Below are positions 13,345 through 24,359 of a stretch of DNA of 64,000 nucleotides, piece after piece. Source of the DNA: Octopus sinensis (lineage: Eukaryota); the NCBI RefSeq assembly GCF_006345805.1, contig NC_043010.1, forward strand, positions 9,114,001-9,178,000, given 5' to 3'. Made by a program: the position numbers and the translations under genes. Below the pieces are notes generated by a model, which made no database searches, was not told where the DNA came from, and saw only the letters and a list, made by a program, of their open reading frames with translations. Numbering within the stretch: the first letter of the stretch is position 1; every line of letters starts with the position of its first letter.

Positions 13345-13829
13345 CATCATCATCATCATCATCATTTAGCATCCGCTTTCCATGCTAGCATGGGTTGGAC
13401 GATTCAACTGGGGTCTGCGAAGCCAGAAGGCTGCATCAGGCCCAGTCTGATCTGGCAGCGTTTCTACGACTGGATACCCTTCCTAACGCCAACCACTCCG
13501 TGAGTGTAGTGGTAGTGGGTGCTTTTTACGTGTCACCCGCACAGGTGCCAGACGGAACTGGCAAACGGCCATGAACGGATGGTGCTTTTACGTGCCACCG
13601 GCACGGAGGCCAGTCGGGGCAGTGCTGACAACGGCTATGATCAGATGGTTCGCTTAACCACAGCTGCAATTTCCATTGATGTTGATCGACTTCGATTTTG
13701 GTTCTGCTTTCTGATATCTGATTTGATTTGGTTTGATTTTGATTTTGATTTTGATTTGATTTGATTTTCACTTGTCTCAACGGGTCTTCACAAGTAGAGT
13801 TTTGTGTCCCGATTTGTGCCTGGGAGGAC

Positions 13830-13830
<1 letters not shown>
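13345..13830 (-). mobile_element. RTE-type 3' UTR repeat (family D) with (GAT)n tail
   Basis: catcatcatc...ccgctttccatgctagcatgggttggac block. The same tail follows RTE coding fragments at 13935 and 32958. Other copies: 14500-14670, 15836-16075, 18850-19095, 25855-26205, 40560-40940. Confidence 0.8.
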
Positions 13831-13867
<37 letters not shown>

Positions 13868-13934
13868 TATACCTAGCTTCTCTCTCTCTCTCTCTGTATA
13901 TATATATATATATATACAGAGAGAGAGAGAGAGG

Positions 13935-14340
13935 CTAGGTATACAAGGCATTAGATGTAGTGTGCAAGAGAGAATACTGTGCTGGTACCGTTATATAATG
14001 TGTATGAATCAAGACAGATGCATCAAGAAGTGCCAATCTCTAGTTGTGGATGGAACATGTGGAAGGGGTAGACCTAAGAAGACATGGGGCAGAGTGACTT
14101 GAAAGGATCTTCAGATGTTGATCCTCACAGAGGGGATGACAAGGGACCATCACTCATGCCAGTGCTATGTAAAAGCAACCAGTACACTCTGTATAGTGGT
14201 TGGTGTTAAGGAAGACATCCAACTGTATGAAACCATGCCAGAAGAGTCAGGAAGCCTTGGCAACTCTTCAGTTGGCCAGCTCTTGTCAAACCATCCAACT
14301 CATGCTGGCATGGAAAGCAAATGTTAAATGATGATGATGA
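13935..14340 (+). mobile_element. RTE LINE 3' fragment (ORF C-terminus plus 3' UTR)
   Basis: LGIQGIRCSVQERILCWYRYIMCMNQDRCIKKC...GTCGRGRPKKTW matches the RTE RRLRWYGHVxRM...GRGRPRKTW terminus. It ends in the D-type (GAT)n tail. Confidence 0.85.
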
Positions 14341-15342
14341 TAATGATAATAATGACTGTATACACACACACACATATATATATGTATGTATGTATGTATG
14401 TATGCATGTATATATATATGTATATATATATATGTATATATATATATATACGTGTGTGTGTATATATATATATATTATATATATATATATATATATCTAC
14501 ACTCATGGAGTAGTTGGCGTTAGGAAGGGCATCCAGCTGTAGAAACACTGCAAGATCAGACTGGAGCCTGGTGCAGCCTCCTGGCTTCCCAGACCCTGGT
14601 CGAACCGTCCAACCCATTCTGGCACGGAAAACGGACGTTAAACGATGATGATGATGATGATGATGATGATATATATATACATACATATATTATATACATA
14701 TATATATATATGTGTGTATTTATGTATGTATATATATATATATATACATATATTTATCATTGTTAGAGAGGACAACAGACATTAAGTTAATAAGTCCTTA
14801 GGTACAATCCTCCATAAATCCATATGGACTAAATCCTGATAATGTAAATATCCAGAAAAAAGATGTGAACAGGTCAACGTTCAATAACATTATTGACTTA
14901 TTTCTACAAGATTAGAAAGTAGAACTGTGAACTTTTATGCTTTTTTTTTGTCTCTTTCTTCATCTCCTTATTCTTTTATTCCTGTCCTCTATGTCGTCAT
15001 TTCATTAATCTATGCCTTTCTCATTTTCTCTATTTGTGTCCAATGATGGAATATCGCAGAAACAGTTGTAAGAGTTCGAATTTTTTTCCAATAATAATAA
15101 TATATATGACTTGAGATGTTTGCCTTGCCTTAACATTTGCTGTCCTCCTTAACAATTATATATCCACTATATCAAAAATCTGCAATGGCTCCATAGCTAC
15201 TGTCTCAGCTATAACCTTGGAGCCCTAGTAAGCCATTACAGCATTTACCTAACATACCTAGGTGTTTAGATCACTTGTGAATTAAACCCCTATATTTTGT
15301 ATGTATACACACATACACACACACACACACATATATATATAT

Positions 15343-15540
15343 ATGATAGATCGGTAGCCACTACAGACATTTTTTTCTCTCCTTTTTTTCTCTCCTTGTT
15401 TCTTACTGTGTTGCTTTCTGTGGAAGAGCATAGGCTTGAAATGTAAAAGACTTTTTCAATTCCCGAGCATTATACTAATACATCTGTTTGTTGTCTACAC
15501 CACCTGTCTTCATCCGTTGCTTTTTCATGAATTCTCCCTA
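15343..15540 (+). mobile_element. PLE-derived end repeat with degenerate hammerhead-like motif (15413-15450)
   Basis: Diverged reverse complement of 15601-15804. Confidence 0.65.
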
Positions 15541-15543
15541 TAT

Positions 15544-15600
<57 letters not shown>

Positions 15601-15602
<2 letters not shown>

Positions 15603-15804
15603 ACGGGAAGGTTTACGAAAATAAACAAAAGACGAAGGCAGGTGGAGTACAAACAAACAAATGTATTAGTATGGCGCTCAGGAATAGAAATAGAAGTCTT
15701 TTACGTTTCGAGCCTATGCTCTTCGACAGAAAGATACACAGAAAAGAGACAAAGAGAGAAACAAGGAGAGAAAAAAATGTGTGTAGGAGCTAATGGTCTA
15801 TCAT
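15601..15804 (-). mobile_element. PLE-derived end repeat
   Basis: Same family as 1712-1920 and 47300-47690. Confidence 0.7.
15697..15734 (-). ncRNA. Minimal type-I hammerhead ribozyme-like motif, variant core
   Basis: TCTTT-CTGTCGA-A-GAGC-ATAG-GCTC-GAAA-CGT-A-AAAGA: stem I 5 bp, stem II 4 bp, palindromic ACGT stem III, GUA triplet. Core position 6 is U instead of A. Confidence 0.55.
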
Positions 15805-16122
15805 GGCGTTCTCAAATCTCTCTCTATATATATATCATCATCATCATCATCATCATCATCGTTTAACGTCCGTTCTCCATGCTAGCATGGGTTGGACGGT
15901 TCGACCGGGGTTCTGGGGAGCCAGAAGGCTGCACCAGGCTCCAGTCTAATCTGGCAATGTTTCTACAGCTGGATGCCCTTCCTAACGCCAACCACTCCGT
16001 GAGTGTAGTGGGTGCTTTTTACGTGCCACCTGCACAGGTGCCAGGCGAGGCTGGCAACGGCCATGGTCAGATTGGTGTATTTTATGTGCCACCGGCACAT
16101 ATATATATATATATATATATAT

Positions 16123-16169
<47 letters not shown>

Positions 16170-16456
16170 TCAATAGATAGTTAGACTGAAAGCTAGATAT
16201 ATTATGTGTGTGTGTATTCACACATCAGTTTGCAAATTAATCGTACATGAGTTTACACAAGTAAGAGACATTAGTGAATAAAAAATTTGAAGAAGCAAAA
16301 CGGTAAATTTCTAATGAAAAGTGAAATTTTACAACTCTGCATAGCAGAATAATATACATGCAAAAAGAGAATAGAAATCTTCAGATGATGTCAAATGAAG
16401 TTTCCATAACTGACAAGGAATCACATTGGAAACAAAACAAAATCGAAGATAATATA

Positions 16457-16767
16457 TATCATCATCATCATCATCATCGTTTAACGTCCGCTTTCCATGC
16501 TGGCATGGGTTGGACTGTTCAACTGGGGTCTGGCGAGCCTGAAGGCTGCACCAGGCCAGTCAGATCTGGCAGTGTTTCTACAGCTGGATGCCCTTCCTAA
16601 CGCCAACCACTCCGCGAGTGTAGTGGGTGATTTTATGTGCCACCGACACAGGTGCCAGACGAGGCTGGCAGACGGCCACGCTCGGATGGTGTTTTTTACG
16701 TGCCACCGACACAGGTGCCAGACGAGGCTGGCGAACGGCCACGATCGGATGGTGTTTGTTACGTGCC

Positions 16768-16770
<3 letters not shown>
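16457..16770 (-). mobile_element. Family D repeat with internal 63-bp tandem units
   Basis: cgacacaggtgccagacgaggctgg at 16644 and 16707. Same subvariant as 39484-39820. Confidence 0.8.
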
Positions 16771-16807
<37 letters not shown>

Positions 16808-17480
16808 GTATGTAATATGTATATATATATATTACATATATATATATATATTTATATATATATATATATAATATACATATTTATATAAACGGAATTATTT
16901 ATGAAACTCATTAGCATCACTAACACAGGCATCAGCCTTATACAGTAAATAACAATATTTAAATGTTAAATTTTGCTTTGATAGTTTTTCCCCATAGACA
17001 GTAATGTTGTAAAGCATAAAATCAATAATTAATATCAGAGTTCAATCACAGTCAAAGGTTTAAAACTGTTTGCAAATCTGTTTAAGATTAAGAAAAAAAT
17101 ATTTTTGCTCTATCATGTGATCATAATAATGTCCTCATCACTAACTGATCTCATCTGAGGATTGCTTTCATGTGTAAAACTCGGAGTAATGAACTGTGAA
17201 GTGCCCTAAGATAATATGCCCAATAAATTTCTTGGTGTAGGCTGGGCTTTGTAGTTAAGAAGCTTGCTTTGCAACCATGTGGTTATGGGTTCAGTTCCAC
17301 CGTATTGCACTTTGGGCAAGTGACTTCTACTATAACCCCAGGCTGACTAATGCTTTGTATTTGAATTACTAAGACAAAACTGTATTGAAGCCAAATATGA
17401 GTATGTGTGCATGTATGTAAGTATGTATGTATGTAAGTATGTATGTAAGTATGTATGTATATACATACATACATACATAC

Positions 17481-17521
<41 letters not shown>

Positions 17522-17634
17522 TAACTGGAAAAGGATGCATGGTGTTCAATCATATAATAATATAAATAATATATGTATATGTATATATACATTCATATAC
17601 GTACGTACATACATGTATACGAATATACATATGC

Positions 17635-18372
17635 ATATGTGGGCACAGGACGTTACAAAACATAAACAACAAAAAATACAAAGTATGAGGACATGGAATA
17701 AGGTTTTTTTTGCAAGCAACTAAAGAAACAAAAAGAAAACAAGACAAGCAACACAACGAACGACCCTTCATCAGTTGTCGGCTATTTTTCTAATCCGTAT
17801 TTCAAGCAATTCACGACAAGATATGCCTTCGATAAGACAGTTGCCCCCACAAAGCAAATTAAATAAAATTTGCGATCTTGCAGATGGTTCAGATTGGTGA
17901 CAAAAGCAAAAACAATGAAACCAAACAGGAAGGGCTGCTAAGCCTGAATGAGGTTGTGAAGGTGAACGCAAAGAAACAAGTCTGGACAGGAGACAGAAAA
18001 CAATACGGCTTCCTTGTCCAGCTGAAACAGGAAGAAAGAAAGAAGCACAAGTAAGGAGAATAGCTCATGGTCACATGGGGACTTAGCAGCCCTTCCCGTT
18101 TCTTTACACTGTCCAGTTTTTGTCACCAATCATGGCCCTCCACAAGATGACGAATTTTATTTAATCTGCTTTGCGGGAGCAACTGTTTTATTGAAGACAT
18201 ATCTTGATGTGAATTGCTTGAAATGTGGATTAGGAATATAGCCTATAACTAGTGTTGCTTGTCTTGTTTTTCATTTGATTATGTTGTTGTTTGTAAAAAA
18301 AGCCCTTATTCCATGTTTTCATATTTCGTATTTTTTGTTGTTTATGTGTTGTGACGTCCTGTGCTCACATAT
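17635..18372. mobile_element. Fold-back/MITE-like element, ~300-bp imperfect inverted arms
   Basis: Arms 17635-17942 and 18082-18372 are diverged reverse complements (e.g. ggaagggctgctaag / cttagcagcccttcc) with a 139-bp spacer. Confidence 0.75.
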
Positions 18373-19304
18373 ATTCAAGATATTGAGTTTGTGTTCTGTT
18401 AAATGTTATATATACATATAGCTCTATATTTGTATTTTTGGCCTCTGCTAATTCTCTAATTCTCATGGAGCAATAATTCACCTCAACCAGTGTTAGAGCG
18501 ACGTGAACTAAACATCTCTACAGAATTATTACGTTCTTTCATTCCGACATCTTGTAAATTTCACATTGCTTGAAAGTTCCGACACCGTCACCTGAACGTT
18601 ATCACTTGGCCAATGCCGATAAATGATAATAAATGAATAATTCAACGTGTTCCATGTTTCATTTTCCCGATATCCCTTTACCGACTTCATTGTTCATCAT
18701 ATTAACACTTGAAGGATCATCTACTGTAAGAAACTCAGTCATAATGGAGTGAATCAGCAATGTCTAAGCTGTGTGTTTGTATGTGAGTATGTCTATCTAT
18801 CTATCTATCTATCTATCATCTATCTATCTATCTATCTATCTATTTACCTATCATCATCATCATCATCAACATCGTTTAACGTCTGCTTTCCATGTTAGCA
18901 TGGGTTGGACGATTTTGACTGAGGTCTGGCGAACCAGATGGCTGCACCAGACTCCAATCTGATCTGGCAGAGTTTCTACAGATGGATGCCCTTCCTAATG
19001 CCAACCACTCCAAGAGTGTAGTGGGTGCTTTTACGTGCAACCGGTATGAGGGTCACTCAAGCGGTACTGACAACAGCCACGCTCAAATGGTGTTTGTCCC
19101 CAACCCTCGCTTGACAACCGATATTGCTGTGTTTACATCCCTGTAACTTAGTGGTTTGCCAAAAGAGATCCATAGAATAAGTACTAGGCTTACAAAGAAT
19201 AAGTCCTGGGGTTGATTTTTTTGACTAAAGGTGGTGCTCTAGCATGGCAGCAGTCAAAATACTGAAACAAAATAAGAATCACTCACTCTTTCTCTCTCTC
19301 TCTC

Positions 19305-19309
<5 letters not shown>

Positions 19310-19373
<64 letters not shown>

Positions 19374-19409
19374 TACATATAAATATATATATATATAATT
19401 ATATATATG

Positions 19410-19445
<36 letters not shown>

Positions 19446-19544
19446 TAATATAATATAATATATATATATAATACATACATACATATACATATATATATAT
19501 ATATAACATATATATACATATATATATATATTATATATATATAT

Positions 19545-19585
<41 letters not shown>
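19310..19585. repeat. (AT)n microsatellite, imperfect
   Basis: Directly visible. Confidence 0.95.
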
Positions 19586-19590
<5 letters not shown>

Positions 19591-19897
19591 TGTGTGTTTT
19601 GTGTCTGTGTTTGTCCCCCACCACTGTATGACGACCAATGTTTGTGTGCTTATGTCCCTGTAACAGACAAAAATGGGCTGATAGAATAAGTACCAGTCTT
19701 GAAATAATAAGTACTGCAGTGTCAACTAATTCAACTAAAAATTCGCTCTAATAACTGAATCAAGTAAAAGACAAAAGATGAATTATCTTTGGGCTGATAA
19801 ATACCTTGTGAATTCAGAGATTTCTCTCTTGCTTCTTCTGAGAATGCTTTTCATCACCATTAATTTCTTTTCTCATCATGCTCATAGTTTCAGTTTA

Positions 19898-20283
19898 GTG
19901 GAGGCACAATGGCCCAGTGGTTAGGGCAGCGGACTCGCAGTCATAGGATCGCGGTTTCGATTCCCAGACCGGGCGTTGTGAGTGTTTATTGAGCGAAAAC
20001 ACCTAAAAGCTCCACGAGGCTCTGGCAGGGGATGGTGGTGATCCCTACTGTACTCTTTCACCACAACTTTCTCTCACTCTTACTTCCTGTTTCTGTTGTA
20101 CCTGTACTTCAAAGGGCCGGCCTTGTCACTCTCTGTGTCATGCTGAATATCCCTGAGAACTACGTTAAGGGTACACGTGTCTGTGGAGTGCTCAGCCACT
20201 TACACGTTAATTTCTCGAGCAGGCTGTTCCATTGATTCGGATCAACCGGAACCCTCGTCGTTGTAACCAACGGAGTGCTTCCA
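19898..20283 (+). mobile_element. SINE family C, full length, ~10-bp TSD
   Basis: AGTTTCAGTT at 19886-19895 and 20288-20297. Confidence 0.9.
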
Positions 20284-20562
20284 CCACAGTTTCAGTTAAT
20301 GGAATATCATTTTTGTCTAACCACTTCATGTCTCTTTTAACTTTTGTCATATTTGTTTCAGTCATTAGACTGCAGCCATGCTGGGGTATCACCTTTGATG
20401 AATCTTTAATCAAATGAATCAATCCCTGCTACATAACAATTTTTTAAAATTCTGCTACTGGTTACTAGTTTATTTACCAAATTACTAAGTTGTGGAGATG
20501 TAAACACATCACCAGTTGTCAAGCAGTGGTGGGAGACAAACACAGATGCTGACATACACACA

Positions 20563-21061
20563 CAGAGCATTGGATTAACCATTAAGCAAAATAAGCACAT
20601 GCTTAGGGCATCAAGGGAAGGAGGGGGCACCACAGAAATGGTAAATGGTTTACAGCACAAAAGAAATCACTTTAAACTTGCTAAAATAATATTCGTAATG
20701 CCTTTATGTCTATACTATATAAGATATACTATACTTTATAAGATATACTATACTAAGGGATACTATATAAGATATACTATATTAAGTATAGGTGCTGATG
20801 TGTTACCTAAGATTAACTTTGAGGATCTGATCAAAGATTTTGCAGTTCAAAAAAGTAGGAGGAAATATTTCAAATATAAATAAAGTGGAAGCATAAAAAA
20901 AATAAACATTATTTTCCATCTTACTGTTTTGTTTTGTTTTGAAAAATAAAAAAATTATTTTATGGTTTGTTATTGTTTATATTTTGAATTACATAATCTT
21001 TTATGGGGGCACCAAAATCTTTTAAGTGCTAAGGGCCTCGATGGGTCTTAATCCAGCCCTG
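20563..21061 (+). mobile_element. Non-autonomous hAT transposon inserted in a family B SINE
   Basis: TIRs CAGAGC[AT]TGGATTAA / TTAATCCAGCCCTG; 8-bp TSD tacacaca/cacacaca; retains KINFEDLIKDFAVQKSRRK (hAT dimerisation-domain C-terminus). B-SINE sequence continues on both sides (~20350-20562 and 21062-21190). Confidence 0.75.
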
Positions 21062-21404
21062 CACACACACACACATAATGGGCTTCTTCTTTCAGTTTAC
21101 ATTTGCCAAATCCACTTGCAAGGCTTTGGTAGGCCCAAAGTTATAGTAGAAGACACATGCCCAAGGTGTCACATATTGGAACTGAACCCAGTAGCCTGCA
21201 CTTAAGTATATATTCTTCTTGGGGAAATCTCATATTCACTAAGTATTGGTGAACCCAAGAATATAGTAGAACTGAATTGTGCAAGATGTACAGTAGAAAT
21301 GAATGTAAAACCCTACGGCTGCAAGCAGATTTCTTCAGTATGGAACCATGCCTGTGATTTTTCAATGTTTTCCTATTAAGTTTTCTATATCCTTTTTTTC
21401 TTAT

Positions 21405-21725
21405 ACTTGTCTCAGTTACTAGACTGTGGCCATGATGGGGCACTGCCTTTGATTTTTAGTTGAATGAATCAACCCCAGTACTTATAATCTTTTTGTATGC
21501 CTGGTACTTGTGTTCCCGGTGCCTTTTGCCAAACTGCTAAGTTACAGGGATATAAACACACCAACATGGGTTGTCAAGTGGTGATGGAGGACAAACAGAG
21601 ACACAATGGTACACAGCCACACACACAGACACTCACACACAAAAACACACATACACACTCACTCACACACACACACACACATGCACATGCACACATATAT
21701 ATGATGGGCTTCTTTCAGTTGTTGT
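21405..21725 (-). mobile_element. SINE family B, 3' two-thirds
   Basis: Colinear, diverged copy. Confidence 0.75.
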
Positions 21726-21920
21726 AAATTTAAATATATGCATGTTTATGAGTTTGTGTGTGTTTTGTGTGTGTTTTGTGTGTGTGTGTGTGGTATACAC
21801 TTGAATGGAAGTATATAAATTTAGATATTGCAGAAAATGAGAAATACATAGTAATTGTGTAGGTGTATATTATACATATACATACATAAATATATATATG
21901 TATATATATACACACACAAC

Positions 21921-21975
<55 letters not shown>

Positions 21976-22740
21976 ATATATCATATATCCATACCTATAT
22001 GTCTATATCTGTATTTACATCTGTCTATGTGCGCATGTGTATGTATATACATATATAAGTACATTATACATGTGTGTATATATGTATGTGTATACACACA
22101 CACACATACACACACACATACACACACCAATGTATGTATGTCTGTAATAAGACTACTGTTAGAGACCATATATTTCAGGTTATTCCAAAATTTTACATTT
22201 GCATTTTAGAGATTAACCGCCATATTGCTAACATTAATTCTTTACCCTTTCTTCCTTTTACCTTCTCTTCTTTTAAAACATTTCAGATTATGGGATCATC
22301 CTGTTCCATGCCTTTGTCGAATACTGAAAAACAAAAACAAAATATTTTAAGAAAATGCATACAAACTAACTGAAGGCTGTAATAATGCAAGAGAAAAGCC
22401 ATCAAAGTGATCAGTGTGGCATAAAGACAAATGGAGTGAGTGAAGTTACGAAAAGTCTTAAAAGGGGTCTCTATATTTAGATATGACACATTTTTTAATG
22501 CGGTCTGTTGTGCCACGATAAAAGTGTCTGCTGCAATGTTGTTCAGTGAAAGTGATTGGCATTATTGAATGAATTCAACTGCAAAATGGCATTGCTATGA
22601 TAAAACTTCCCATCAGCCGATCAAAATATATGAGAGCTGAAGAAAATGGAAGTCACATGGTGAATGCAGAAAATATTTACGTGCATATAGAAACGGATAT
22701 AAATATTACATTTGTGCATGTGGTGTATGTTTATATGTTT

Positions 22741-23362
22741 CTTATTTCTTTATTGCCCACAAGGGGCTAAACATAGGGGGAACAAACAAGGACAGACAAA
22801 CGGATTAAGTCGATTATATCGACCCCAGTGTGTGTAACTGGTACCTAATTTATCGACCCTGAAAGGATAAAAGGAAAAGTCAACCTCAGTGGAATTTGAA
22901 CTCAGAATGTGACAGCAAATGAAATGCCTATTTCTTTATTACCTACAAGGGGCTAAACACAGAGGAGACAAACAAGGACAGACATAGGTATTAAGTTGAT
23001 TACATCGGCCCCAGTGCATAACTGGTACTTAATTTATCGACCCCGAAAGGATGAAAGGCAAAGTCAACCTCAGTAGAATTTGAACTCAGAACGTGACAGC
23101 AGATGAAATACCTATTTCTTTATTACCTACAAGGGGCTAAACACAGAGGAGACAAACAAGGACAGACATAGGTATTAAGTTGATTACATCGGCCCCAGTG
23201 CATAACTGGTACTTAATTTATCGACCCCGATAGGATGAAAGGCAAAGTCAACCTCAGTGGAATTTGAACTCAGAACGTAGCGGCAGATGAAATACGGCTA
23301 TGCAGATGAAATACCACTAAGCATTTCGGCTGGCGTGCTAACGGTTCTGCCAGCTCACCACC
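22741..23362 (-). repeat. Head-to-tail trimer of SINE family A (period ~184-186 bp)
   Basis: Units start at 22741, 22927 and 23111; only the last retains the 5' head. Confidence 0.9.
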
Positions 23363-24004
23363 TTATGTTTATATGTTTCTGTGTGTGTGTGTGTGTTGTG
23401 TGTGTGTGTGTGTGTATGTGTGTGTGTGTGTGGTGTATGAGGGCATACATCCTCCTTCAAATTAGCAATAGTAAGAGCATCACAGTTTTTAAATTTATCC
23501 CTTGTTTCTGTTGAAGTGTCCTGTTTTGTGAAGACCCAACAATCAAAAGCCAAGGCTTCAGAGAGACTGCAATGACCTTGTATAATGCTCTCCATTCCTT
23601 AGAGTAAATAATAATTTATTAACAACAATAACAACAATTACAACAATAATGGTTTCAAATTTTGGTACAAGACCAGCAATTTCAGGGAGGGGATAAGTTG
23701 AATAATATCAACCCTAGTGTTCAATTGGTACTTATTCATCGCAAAGGGATGAAAGGCAAAGTCAACCATAGCCAGAATGATCCATTGGGAGCTCTGTGGA
23801 AGTCATTGCCCGCTTGTTGCTCTGGCAACGATCTCACTCGTATGTACTCTTAGCACTGGATGTCAGTCACTGAGTTTGATTTTGACTTTGATTTCACTTG
23901 CCTCAACTGGTCTTCGCAAGCAGAGTTTAGCATCCAATGAAGAAAAGGCATGCATAAGTGGACTGGTTACACCCCTAGCATAGGCCACAAGGTTATGTAT
24001 ATAT

Positions 24005-24220
24005 ATATATATAGTTAATCCAAACAAGAAAGCACAAAAAAACACAACGCGAGGACGTGGAACAAATATAGTATTATTGGACGCTCAGGAAAGAAGGAAA
24101 GAAGGAGGGTTTAACGTTTCGAGCGGAGCTCTTCGTCGGAAACATAGGAGAAGGAAAGATCCAGAGAAGAGAAGACAGAGGAAAAAAAATCGCCAATGGT
24201 ACACATGAGGTCACATATAT
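24005..24220 (-). mobile_element. Second PLE-type end repeat, with hammerhead motif at 24109-24143
   Basis: GTTT-CCGACGA-A-GAGC-TCC-GCTC-GAAA-CGT-T-AAAC. A homologous diverged copy is on the + strand at ~40320-40560. Confidence 0.6.
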
Positions 24221-24327
24221 TTATATATATATGTGTGTGTGTGTGTATGTATGTGTGTGTGTATGTATGTGTGTGTGTATGTATGTATGTATGTATGTAT
24301 GTATGCATGTATATATGTATATATATG

Positions 24328-24359
<32 letters not shown>

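Noticed and set aside
14760-15090. Another PLE remnant (LGTI..PYGLN; CCAATGA-TGG..GCA-GAAACAGTTGTA)
   Set aside because: Suggestive, but it needs a frameshift and several core mismatches; too degenerate to call.
18682-18723. 42-nt minus-strand microexon (ttcttacag...G/gtaaag; DDPSSVNMMNNEV)
   Set aside because: Such AG/GT pairs arise often by chance, and no partner exons were found.
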